Below, one piece after another: positions 10,514-19,022 of a stretch of DNA of 47,986 bases. The position numbers and the translations under genes are program-made. Each line of letters opens with the position of its first letter. Within the stretch, counting starts at the first letter, position 1. This stretch comes from Parcubacteria group bacterium 21-54-25 (GTDB lineage Bacteria; Patescibacteriota; Minisyncoccia; Phycocordibacterales; Phycocordibacteraceae), in the NCBI GenBank assembly GCA_002255585.1, contig NCBJ01000001.1, forward strand, positions 1-47,986, in the 5' to 3' direction. The notes under the pieces are model-generated. The model had not been told where the DNA came from, ran no database searches, and saw only the letters and a program-made list of their open reading frames with translations.

Positions 10514-10995
10514 CTAGTAGCCGGGGGCGAAGGAATACGCGCTCGGCACGGTCGGCGTGCTCGAGGCCGCGCCGTAGACGACCGCGATCTCCTCGTGCCG
10601 AAGAATTGCCCGAGTGTGAAGTCGCGCACAGTGTTCGATTCGACATGGATGATGCCGCTCGTGTCATGTGTGTGGACGGGGGCGATAAATCCGTACGCTT
10701 CGGCATCTCCGATATCCGCTGGCACGGTCACTGGTGCACCATTTATGCTGAGGTCGAGATGCTGATGGATGTGGAGCACCGAACCTTCGGAAGAGAGCGC
10801 CGGAAGCCCGACGTCTGTGAGGCGCACCCGTAAGTTTTGCATCTCAGGAATCCACGGCGCGTCTCCGATTTCTATGCCGGGAAGATTATTCGGATCGGTG
10901 ATAAGCGCGGCCGGCTTCCCGGGAAACAGGTGGTTCCAGGAGAGAAGGATGCCAATAGCGATGACGAAGCCGCCAACGATAAGCGTTGTTTTCAT
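10514..10995 (-). pseudogene. His-rich membrane-anchored hypothetical protein, frameshifted
   Basis: HIHQH..VHTHD..IHVES..FTLGQFF, then a jump near 10598 to another frame reading HEEIAVVYG..YSFAPGY*. Confidence 0.55.
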
Positions 10996-11010
10996 AGCAG
11001 TCTCGAGGAG

Positions 11011-11560
11011 TTATTTGTTCTTGAGCGCTATTTCTATGGCGCTTTGAAGCTGCGAATAAGGAACCGCCCCGACGATAAGCCTCCGTTCGTTTTCACGAGT
11101 GCGAGCACTTTATCGGTATCAACCGCACCAAGGACGCCAATGGTAATCGAGCGGATTTTGTCGGGGGTTGCCCAGCCGGTGTTCTCGGTGCCCTGATTGT
11201 CATACACGGCTTTATGCCACTCGTAGAACTTGTCGGGCGCGACGTCCCACACGGCGCGTGCAGTCTGCCCGAGCGTCTGCGAATCAGCACCGAGGAACTG
11301 GTAGTCCTTGAAGACGATCTTCACTTTGCCGGTGTCTACATAATCGCTCACGATCTGCGGCATCGCCGTCTCCTCGTTCTGCTTGCAGAAGGGGCACTGA
11401 TAATCGAACCAGTAGGCGACGGTGACTGGTGCGTTCGGGTTGCCGACGAAAGGATCGCCCGCCGTTTTTACTTTGCTGATGTCCGCTGTTTGCGCCGGAG
11501 GTTGCTGATTCGGCGTACCGGCAGCTGTCTGTTGGTTCGGATGCCCGTTGCTCGCTAAGG
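11011..11560 (-). pseudogene. DsbA/thioredoxin-fold oxidoreductase, fragmented
   Basis: GNPNAPVTV..DYQCPFCK..GKVKIVFKD. The C-terminal IVGAVPY is in another frame, the GTP loop is missing and there is no clear start. The left boundary is exact, the right approximate. Confidence 0.65.
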
Positions 11561-11598
11561 GAGTAATAGCCGCCGAGCGGCGCTACCAAAGCGGAAAG

Positions 11599-12000
11599 CT
11601 AGAATGCCCTCGAATGAAGGACGCCGTTTGAAAATGCCTCTTGTAGCGTGTGTCGTGGGATGTACCGATGTGCTCTTGCTGGCGGCTCGAGCAGCGGTTC
11701 AATAAAATTACCGATGCTACTCCATAGAGTCGGTGTGATAAGCGCGACCATCGCAAGAGCGAGAAGAAACAGGACGAAGGATGCGAATACGCCGCTGAAA
11801 GGAATCGTCGCGAGCATGTTTTACAACGTGAATGCATGGTCGAGCGGGCTCATATGGCAGACCGTAGGGACGCCCATGAGCGGGCAGCCGGACATGTGCC
11901 CATTAGCATTCATCATGCTCGCGCCAATGGTGATGCCGAAAGTTCCAACGAAGAGTAGGGCGGCAATTCCGTTGAGGAGGATGAATTTCCTTGGGGACAT
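11599..12000 (-). pseudogene. Cys/Met/His-containing membrane protein with premature stop
   Basis: ORFs 11821-12000 and 11599-11817 are in the same frame, separated by one TAA. Confidence 0.5.
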
Positions 12001-12208
12001 TGCACAATAGTATATCAGGCTTGCAGTCCTTGGCGACGACATCGTCCCAATCGCCGACTCGCCGCTCCGTGCGCAGTTCGTTGCAGAGGAAGAGACGAAG
12101 GCTAAGGCGGAAGGCCTGCCCATTATCAAGAAGAGCCTGTAGCCATTCGCATCGGCTCTATATATTCTAAGCTTTTAACTCCTTTGTTCAGACCTTCTCT
12201 GTTTCCTG

Positions 12209-12469
12209 AAATTATAGGCATTTATAGGCATTTGGTGCGGTACCGCAGGACCCCTTCTGAGACACCAGTTTCAAGCTCCGAATCACTCAGATACCCTTGA
12301 ACTGCTTGCTGGAATCGCGAAAACGAGACACGTCTATATTATGCGGTGGGGTGTCTCATTTGTCTCATTTCGCCCATGACCGTGGGGCCTCGGGCGGTAC
12401 GCTATATAGGTCGCCAAAACGCCTTGCAATTGCCTCACTGGGTGTCCTGCGGTACCGTTAGGGGGCACA
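12209..12469 (+). repeat. Direct repeat copy A (left boundary of DGR cassette)
   Basis: Shares ATACCCTTGAACTGCTTG, GTGTCTCATTTGTCTCATTT, CCTTGCAATTGCCTCACT and TGCGGTACCGT-AGGGGGCACA, in the same order, with 20129-20410. Confidence 0.9.
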
Positions 12470-12610
12470 GCAGTCAGCAGCCCGTATTTAGACCGTTAGG
12501 CCCTAAATACAAGGCCATTTAGGTTCGATACCTTGAGGGGTGTTTGCCACAGAAAGGGGTCCAGTCCAAATGGCTTCGTTTCTATGCCGGTTTTGTGTCA
12601 TACTTTCACC

Positions 12611-14695
12611 ATGAGCCTCGAAAGCTTCGCTGCCGTTAACCCCTCAAAACCTAATGGTTTTGAAAACAAAGGACAAGATGAGATTCTTGGTGGCTTCTCT
12701 GAAGCGGAGCGGGCTGACATCTTGCATAAGCAAAAAGTTCTTTCCTCACTCGGATACTTCATCGGCAAGGATTTTGATATGCCGATTTTGCTCAATAAGC
12801 CGGGAGCTGGCTGGCACTGGAATTTCAAGGAGAATCACATCAAGATTGACCCGAAAGATCTCCTTGAGAAATCGCTCGACTATCTCCGTTTCGTCATTTC
12901 GCACGAGGGCGGACATCGACGCATCAGCCGCACCGATTTCATTCCCGAAGAGGTATGGCAGCAACCCGGTTTCTCGTTCATGATGAACGCCGTCGAAGAT
13001 CCGCGTGACAACAACTTCGTCGCCGAAGCGTACCCGAAATTCCGCGAGCAGATGAATGTCGCGTACACACTCGACACGCAATTTGAAGAAGAAGCGAAGA
13101 GTGCAGCAAAGACGAAACTCGGCACGGTACCTCGATTCCTTCAGGCCGGACACGAATACATAAAGCAATGGTTCAATGAGGCGAATGGCAAGCCGTTTGT
13201 GATTGACGAATCCTTGCCAGAGGATGTGCGCGCGGCGGTCGAGAAAACGCTCACCGCAGCGCAAGAATCGTGGTGGCGATACCCCTCGAAGGACGAGGCT
13301 GATAAGAGCGAGAAGCTGATCTCGCAGTACGCGGAGGCTTCATACCGCATAAACCTCGAAAAGATATGGCCAGAATTTAAGAAGCTTGTTGATGAAGACG
13401 TGAAAGACCAGCAGACAAAGAAAGCGCTCGATGACATGCAGAAATCGCAGGAGCCGCAGGAACCCGGCGAAGGAGAAGTCGGAGAGAAGGGCGAACCCCA
13501 ACAAGGAAACGGCATACCGCAAGAACTCAAAGACAAGCTCACTCCAGAGGAGGCACAGGAACTCGGCGAGAAAATGGAGGCGGCACAAGGCGAAGGTGGC
13601 GAGCCCAGCACCATCGATCCGGCGTCACTTTCGCCGGAACTCAAAAAGAAAATCGAAGAATATGTTGAATCTTTGCCACAAGACGTGAAAGACGAGCTTG
13701 AACACCGAGCGAAAGAAGCGATACGTGAACTTGAAGAGGAGATAAACAAGGCAATTCGAGCGAAGATCGCTGAAGACAAGGAAGGAAGGCCCGAGTCTCC
13801 AGAGCAAACAACGCCAGCAGAAACTCCAAGCAAGCCTTCCGAGCATCCAGCAGATGAACCTGACGTTAGTGGGGTGCGCGATACCCTCGAGTCGCTTCTC
13901 GCACCGAGCCCTGAAGCATACGACACCGTCATGCGTGAAGTGTTACCACTCATCAATCGGCTCGAAAATGATCTGAGGGAGATTTTCGTCGCACGACAAG
14001 CACGGGCGTGGGATTCGGGTCATAAGTTTGGGAAGAAGATAGACTTGAAACGTCGTATTCAAGAAAAAGCGAAAGACGTCTCCGCCTTCGAGAGTCGTGC
14101 GTGGCAGAAGCGCGAAGCGCCATCAGAAAAAGACTACGCCATCACGCTTCTCGTTGATCTCTCCGGCTCCATGCGCGGGACGAAAATCACCGAAACTTTC
14201 AAAGCGGTTGTCGTGCTCGCCGAGGTGCTGAATGCGCTCTCTATCAAAACAGAGATTCTCGGTTTCAATGATCGTATTCATGACTTCCAAGATTTCGGCG
14301 TCCGACTCACTGACGCATCGCGCCGTGAGATGGGCGCTATGCTTGAAGAAGTCGATTCAAGTCGTGCGCGGTACAACGATGACGGGTGGGCACTCAAAGA
14401 AGCATCCGCACGACTCGCACGAGAAAATGCCGAGGAGAAATTCCTCATCGCGTTGTCCGATGGCATTCCTGCAGAATCAGGTGCGCACAGTGGGGCCGAG
14501 TTTGATCTGCATAAGGTTGTCAAGGAAATTCTCGAAACGACCGATCAGAAACTCGTCGGACTTGGTATCGGAAGCGGCACTGAACACGTGTCGGGATACT
14601 ATCCCCACAGTCTTGCGGATGTTCCAGTCAAAGAAATGGCTGAGAAGCTCGCAGATCTCATCCGCGACGTGATTGCAAATTACGAGGATTTCTAG
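12611..14695 (+). CDS. VWA-domain protein (CobT-like) with N-terminal HExxH and acidic linker
   Basis: SHEGGH..NAVEDPR; MIDAS LLVDLSGSM..ALSDG. Start set at ATG 12611, after a TGTCATACT -10. Confidence 0.8.
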   Translation: MSLESFAAVNPSKPNGFENKGQDEILGGFSEAERADILHKQKVLSSLGYFIGKDFDMPILLNKPGAGWHWNFKENHIKIDPKDLLEKSLDYLRFVISHEGGHRRISRTDFIPEEVWQQPGFSFMMNAVEDPRDNNFVAEAYPKFREQMNVAYTLDTQFEEEAKSAAKTKLGTVPRFLQAGHEYIKQWFNEANGKPFVIDESLPEDVRAAVEKTLTAAQESWWRYPSKDEADKSEKLISQYAEASYRINLEKIWPEFKKLVDEDVKDQQTKKALDDMQKSQEPQEPGEGEVGEKGEPQQGNGIPQELKDKLTPEEAQELGEKMEAAQGEGGEPSTIDPASLSPELKKKIEEYVESLPQDVKDELEHRAKEAIRELEEEINKAIRAKIAEDKEGRPESPEQTTPAETPSKPSEHPADEPDVSGVRDTLESLLAPSPEAYDTVMREVLPLINRLENDLREIFVARQARAWDSGHKFGKKIDLKRRIQEKAKDVSAFESRAWQKREAPSEKDYAITLLVDLSGSMRGTKITETFKAVVVLAEVLNALSIKTEILGFNDRIHDFQDFGVRLTDASRREMGAMLEEVDSSRARYNDDGWALKEASARLARENAEEKFLIALSDGIPAESGAHSGAEFDLHKVVKEILETTDQKLVGLGIGSGTEHVSGYYPHSLADVPVKEMAEKLADLIRDVIANYEDF

Positions 14696-14707
14696 GATAA
14701 TCTAGGT

Positions 14708-15112
14708 ATGCATACTTTGAGCTCCATCGGTGAATTCTTGTCCCGGTCGCTTTCTCAGAAAGAGGTTTCTCTCGTCATTATCCCATCGGAGGATTCTATG
14801 AGCGATGCACTCCAAGCACTTGAATCGAACGGGTTCTCTCCTTTCAAAAAGTTCGGTGATCTCGAACGGGGCGGCAAGCATTACTTCATTGTTGATGCTT
14901 CGAATGCAAAGACGGCATACGATCTTGCGCGCGAATACGGCACCGGGCAGATTACACATTTCAATAGCGCGACGGGCACTCCTGCATGGACAACGCCCAC
15001 CTACAAAGATAGCGCCTTCGTGCTTGTCATCGTGAAGAGTGATCTTGTTTCGGCAGAAAGTGCCGGACTCGACCTGCTCTCTGCAAGCGGTCTCGCATCT
15101 CAATTCGCATAA
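14708..15112 (+). CDS. Hypothetical protein in VWA/AAA operon
   Basis: 134 aa ORF filling the gap, 12 nt after the VWA stop and 3 nt before the AAA start. Confidence 0.65.
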   Translation: MHTLSSIGEFLSRSLSQKEVSLVIIPSEDSMSDALQALESNGFSPFKKFGDLERGGKHYFIVDASNAKTAYDLAREYGTGQITHFNSATGTPAWTTPTYKDSAFVLVIVKSDLVSAESAGLDLLSASGLASQFA

Positions 15113-15115
15113 TCT

Positions 15116-17191
15116 ATGGCTTCTCACGAGAAATTTCCATCAAGAGCTAAGCCGAAAGAAGAGCTCGTGCCCGTGCACGATACTGAATTATCAGTCGCCT
15201 ACCTCGGCGTCGAATTGCCGAAAGCGACCGATAGTGAAAATGCGCCCAAGAAAGAGCAGTATGCTGACTACATAAATGATCGCTTCTCGCTAGAACTTCA
15301 GAAAAAGATAGCCACCTCGTGGAAGCAGGGCGACCCTATACTTATCGAAAGTGGTACCTCGATTGGTAAAACCACTACGGTGAAGAAGATGTGCGCCGAC
15401 CTTGGTTGGGAGGTTCACTATGTGAACCTAAACGGAGCGACCGATGTTGAAGATTTCATGGGTCGCTATATTCCGAACCATGAGCGCAAGAGTCCGGACG
15501 ATCCAGAATACGTATTCTCTGATGGTAAGATCACGTCCGGCCTGCGACAAGAAGAAGGAAAGAAGAAAGTCATCCTGCTTGACGAATACAACTCGGCTGC
15601 TCCGAACATCCTCATCCGTCTCCATGAAGTCCTCGATGCGCTTGAGAGAAACAGCGAAGTGGTGCTCGCTGAAGATGCTTCGGAAAAGATTCAAGTGAAC
15701 AAGGATGCGACGAAGGTCATCGGCCTCATGAATCCTCCCGGCCGCGGATATCTCCAGCGTGAGCCACTTGATCCCGCGCAGATTCGCCGATGGGTGTACG
15801 TAAAAGAAGCGAGTGAGTTGCCGGACGAGTCACTCACACACGCGACCCGAGCGCTTTTCCATCTCGAAGATAAAACCGAAAAGGTCGAGGACTCGGTCTA
15901 TCTCTTTGCTAATGAAGCCGCACTCACCCCAGAGCAGTTTAAAGAGATTCCCGGCATTGAAACCATCCTTACCAAGTATCTCGAGTTCCACAAAGGCGCG
16001 AAGGAACTTCTTGCCAGTCGCCGCATCGCCAAAGATCAGCCGCAGCGGTTCCTCTTCGATGACCGAGAAGAACCAAAGCGCGTGCGCGACTTCATCTCTG
16101 CTTTCTATCGCGGCGATATTAACGCGACCACTCAAGAAGCCCTCCGTTACTACTATGCCAACAAACTTCTCGAGCCAGAAGACAAGGAAGCGCTTGAGGA
16201 GTTGATCCGTACCGTCGAGTACGTGCCACCACAGAATACGAAACGACGAACGCTCGATGACATAGAACAATTCGGACAAGAAGGAGCTCCAGAGACATGG
16301 GACAAAGTTGCTGAATTTGAAGACAAACTTGCCGCTAAGATTTCTGACCTAGAAAAGGAGCTTGGTGTTCCGTCCAGCGAAGCTAGAGATGGTCTTGAAC
16401 TCTCGCTTGCCGATGCAGAGAGGATTCTTGGTAAAGAGTCGGTGCTCGGAGCGAAAGACGTAGAGCAAGTCTTCGGTATCAAGCTGGATCGAGCGCCAGC
16501 CATTCCATTTTCACAAGAAGAATTGCAACGCGCCAAGGAACTCGGTCAACAGCTTATCCTCCAAGTCGATACGATGCTACACAAAGCAAGTGGTCTCATG
16601 TCTCGCGAGAAGAGCGTGCCGCTCACTCTTGAAAGCCTCAAACAGAAATTCACAAAATCACACGACGATAAGAAAGTCTTCTACGAACAGGATTGGTACA
16701 AGGACGAGGACTTCTTCAAGAAAGAGAAGCCACGTGTCGGTTGGCGACTCACCTCTAGAGATCTACTCCCCGAGTCAACTTCAAAGAGCTACCTTGAGCA
16801 GACCGATGTGCTCGTTGAACATTTGCAGAAGCAAGTCTTCAAAGGTACAAAACTTCCGAAGCAGTACGAGGACGCCATCGCCGAATTTAAACGCAAGCGA
16901 GCAGAAAGCGGCACAGATTCGGAGTGGAAACGTGGCTCACAGATGCTCGCGGATCTTGCAATCACCAAGCTCGCTCGTGAGTTACCAGTCGAAGCAATGT
17001 ATCGCTTTATACTAAATGATCAGGCTCACAAGGATAAACCCCTCCCTTCAACCTACACCTGGACAGCGAGTCGCACGTCTGGCGGCAGCCTCGTGTTTGT
17101 CGGCAACTTCGATGCCGAGGGCACGCGTGTGGACGGGAATGAGCCGAGGTATTCGCACAGCCTTCTCGGTGTCTCGTTCTCCCGCAGTTGA
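15116..17191 (+). CDS. MoxR/AAA_5-like ATPase fused to DGR-diversified C-terminal domain (target 1)
   Basis: Walker A SGTSIGKTT, Walker B ILLDEYN, LMNPP..GY..LDPA..RRW; ends in VR1 (YTWT..LGVSFSRS). Confidence 0.85.
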   Translation: MASHEKFPSRAKPKEELVPVHDTELSVAYLGVELPKATDSENAPKKEQYADYINDRFSLELQKKIATSWKQGDPILIESGTSIGKTTTVKKMCADLGWEVHYVNLNGATDVEDFMGRYIPNHERKSPDDPEYVFSDGKITSGLRQEEGKKKVILLDEYNSAAPNILIRLHEVLDALERNSEVVLAEDASEKIQVNKDATKVIGLMNPPGRGYLQREPLDPAQIRRWVYVKEASELPDESLTHATRALFHLEDKTEKVEDSVYLFANEAALTPEQFKEIPGIETILTKYLEFHKGAKELLASRRIAKDQPQRFLFDDREEPKRVRDFISAFYRGDINATTQEALRYYYANKLLEPEDKEALEELIRTVEYVPPQNTKRRTLDDIEQFGQEGAPETWDKVAEFEDKLAAKISDLEKELGVPSSEARDGLELSLADAERILGKESVLGAKDVEQVFGIKLDRAPAIPFSQEELQRAKELGQQLILQVDTMLHKASGLMSREKSVPLTLESLKQKFTKSHDDKKVFYEQDWYKDEDFFKKEKPRVGWRLTSRDLLPESTSKSYLEQTDVLVEHLQKQVFKGTKLPKQYEDAIAEFKRKRAESGTDSEWKRGSQMLADLAITKLARELPVEAMYRFILNDQAHKDKPLPSTYTWTASRTSGGSLVFVGNFDAEGTRVDGNEPRYSHSLLGVSFSRS
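17066..17188 (+). repeat. DGR variable repeat VR1
   Basis: 123-nt ungapped match to TR with 17 mismatches, 16 of them opposite TR adenines. Confidence 0.95.
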
Positions 17192-17225
17192 TTTTTGAGC
17201 TATGAATTATGATCTTTTGAGTCTT

Positions 17226-17248
17226 CCCCGACCCGTTTAGGGGCGGGG
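17226..17248 (+). other. Post-VR1 hairpin (DGR target-recognition-like element)
   Basis: CCCCG-A-CCC-GTTTA-GGG-G-CGGGG, 34 nt after the stop codon. Confidence 0.75.
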
Positions 17249-17278
17249 CTCTCGAAAATTTTTTGCTATACTACACCC

Positions 17279-18250
17279 ATGTCCGAAGGCTTCCCTAAAA
17301 CCGCAACAAAAACGCCCGAACAGCAGCTTATACAGTTGAGGGAGCTTCAGCATTCTCTAGCCGAAGCAAGGGAAACGCAGGATGCCCCGGCCGCAGAAGC
17401 GCTTATGAAGGACAATTGGGATCTAGTCTTCTCTCGTGAGACCGAAGGTCTATCTTTCGAAGAAGTCGAACATCTCCTCGGTAAGGACTTTTTCGGTCCT
17501 AAGGCAGTTGAGAAGATTTTCGGCGTGAAGCCAGAAACTGTTCCTGATATTCCATTCTCAAAAGAGGAACTGGAACGCGCCAAGGAGCTCGGTCAGCAGC
17601 TTATCTTTTACACTGATTTCATGGCGGGGAAGGCCGGGTCAATCGGGCCAGTTACGCTCGAAAATATGAGAACAATTTTCACAAAGTCACATGATGGTGA
17701 GAAAGTTTTTGCTAGTCATGGCTCTGATGATTTCTGGTATAAAAACGAGGACTTCTTCAAGAAAGAAAAACCACGCACGGGATGGCGACTCACCTCAAAG
17801 GATCTCATTCCAGACTCGACTTCAAAGAACTATATCGAACAGACTGACGTGCTCGTCGGGCATCTTCAAAATACAGTCTTCAAGGGTATGGAGCTCCCGA
17901 GGCAGTATGCAGACGCAATCGCAGAATTCAATCGCAAGCGAGCGGAGATTAAGCCTCTCGCGGAGAGCTCAACCGACGCAGAATGGAAGAAAGGTTCACA
18001 AATGCTCGCTGGCCTCGCAATTACCAGACTCGTGCGCGAGCTGCCAGTTGAGGTCATGTATCGTCTTGTTCTCAATGATCAGCAGAATAAGGATAAGCAG
18101 CTCCCCTCAACCTACACCTGGACAGCGGGTCGCACGTCTGGCGGCCCCCTCGTGCGTGTCGGCGACTTCGCTGCCAAGGGCACGGATGTGTACAGGGCTG
18201 GGCCGGGGGATTCGGGCGGCCGTCTCGGTGTCTCGTTCTCCCGCAGTTGA
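17279..18250 (+). CDS. DGR target 2: stand-alone paralog of the C-terminal domain of target 1
   Basis: Shares IPFS.EEL.RAKELGQQLI, WYK.EDFFKKEKPR.GWRLTS and LPSTYTWTA with target 1; ends in VR2. Confidence 0.9.
   Translation: MSEGFPKTATKTPEQQLIQLRELQHSLAEARETQDAPAAEALMKDNWDLVFSRETEGLSFEEVEHLLGKDFFGPKAVEKIFGVKPETVPDIPFSKEELERAKELGQQLIFYTDFMAGKAGSIGPVTLENMRTIFTKSHDGEKVFASHGSDDFWYKNEDFFKKEKPRTGWRLTSKDLIPDSTSKNYIEQTDVLVGHLQNTVFKGMELPRQYADAIAEFNRKRAEIKPLAESSTDAEWKKGSQMLAGLAITRLVRELPVEVMYRLVLNDQQNKDKQLPSTYTWTAGRTSGGPLVRVGDFAAKGTDVYRAGPGDSGGRLGVSFSRS
18125..18247 (+). repeat. DGR variable repeat VR2
   Basis: 123-nt ungapped match to TR with 22 mismatches, all opposite TR adenines. Confidence 0.95.
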
Positions 18251-18284
18251 TTTTTGGGTATTGACTCATGAGTCTTTGAATCTT

Positions 18285-18307
18285 TGCCGACCCGTTTAGG
18301 GGCGGCA
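18285..18307 (+). other. Post-VR2 hairpin
   Basis: TGCCG-A-CCC-GTTTA-GGG-G-CGGCA, 34 nt after the stop codon. Confidence 0.75.
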
Positions 18308-18517
18308 CTCGAAAATATTTTGCTATAGTGAGCATACGGCTAATGAAGCGAATGTTTACGGACTTCGCTCGCCGCAAAAACACTGCTTGTCCGCCATTAG
18401 TGCAATCGGTTGAAGTGATGGGACAGTGCGCGCATCCTATACCCCGAATCAGCCGGAACCCGAGTCTTCTTGAGAAGCATTCGCGAACTGGCGAAGCCAC
18501 GGACGATGGCGGGCAAA

Positions 18518-18640
18518 ACGAGTCGCACGTCTGACGGCAACCTCGTGAATGTCGGCAACTTCGATGCCAAGGGCACGAATGTGAACAGGAATGAGCCGAG
18601 GAATTCGAACGACAATCTCGGTGTCTCGTTCTCCCGAAGT
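18518..18640 (+). repeat. DGR template repeat TR
   Basis: 32 adenines, 9 AAY codons in the target frame, adenine-free 3' block CTCGGTGTCTCGTTCTCCCG shared with both VRs. Confidence 0.95.
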
Positions 18641-18643
18641 GTT

Positions 18644-18667
18644 CCCCGCCTACGAGGCGGGGTTTTT
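18644..18667 (+). terminator. Hairpin + T-tract immediately after TR
   Basis: CCCCGCCT-ACG-AGGCGGGG-TTTTT. Confidence 0.65.
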
Positions 18668-19022
18668 CGTACTCTTAATCCATCCGCCTATCATTTTGCC
18701 GATCTCAACGACCTGTTCAGACAAAGATGCGAATCCAGCATCGTTAATGCTCTTCGTTTTGTATGCGAGTCGCAAGTGGGTCGTGAGCATTTTGAGCATG
18801 ATGTCTGCTTTGTTAAGTATCAAAAGTCGCGATTGTCCCTGCTTGCTTTGGGCGAGGTAGAGTGTCTCGATTAGATCGAGGGTAGTCGTTTCTATTCTCA
18901 CGCCGAGTGTGTACCGTTCTGGCTTTTTGAACTTCAGTACACGTTTATGTGCAGCAAGATATAATTGACTCGTCTTATGAAAAATAACCGGCTCGGCAAA
19001 ATCGGGGGGGGGGGGGATTCAT
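18650..19022 (-). CDS. avd: Avd-like accessory protein (four-helix bundle), out of frame at the poly-C/G tract
   Basis: The frame reads PVIFHKTSQLYL..FKKPERYTLGVRIE..LRLAY..EIGKMIGGW. ATG 19022 joins it only if the G13 tract is a multiple of 3. Confidence 0.85.
18960..18965 (+). promoter_or_regulatory. Consensus -10 upstream of RT start
   Basis: TATAAT ending 11 nt before ATG 18977. Confidence 0.45.

Larger units (their letters stand above)
18336..18667 (+). ncRNA. Putative DGR template RNA (structured leader + TR + terminator)
   Basis: TGCTATAGT extended -10 at 18321-18329, several complementary helices in 18337-18516, TR, then a hairpin and T5. Confidence 0.55.

Noticed and set aside
12005-12142. 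Possible 3' gene fragment on the + strand (..AEEETKAKAEGLPIIKKSL*)
   Set aside because: Too short, with no start or recognisable family
12470-12545. Complete tRNA gene
   Set aside because: Only a T-arm-like hairpin; I could not build acceptor, D and anticodon arms
18470-18874. 134-aa ORF spanning TR as a third target gene
   Set aside because: It is simply TR read in the VR frame (Asn-rich), continuing antisense to avd; it lacks the target scaffold
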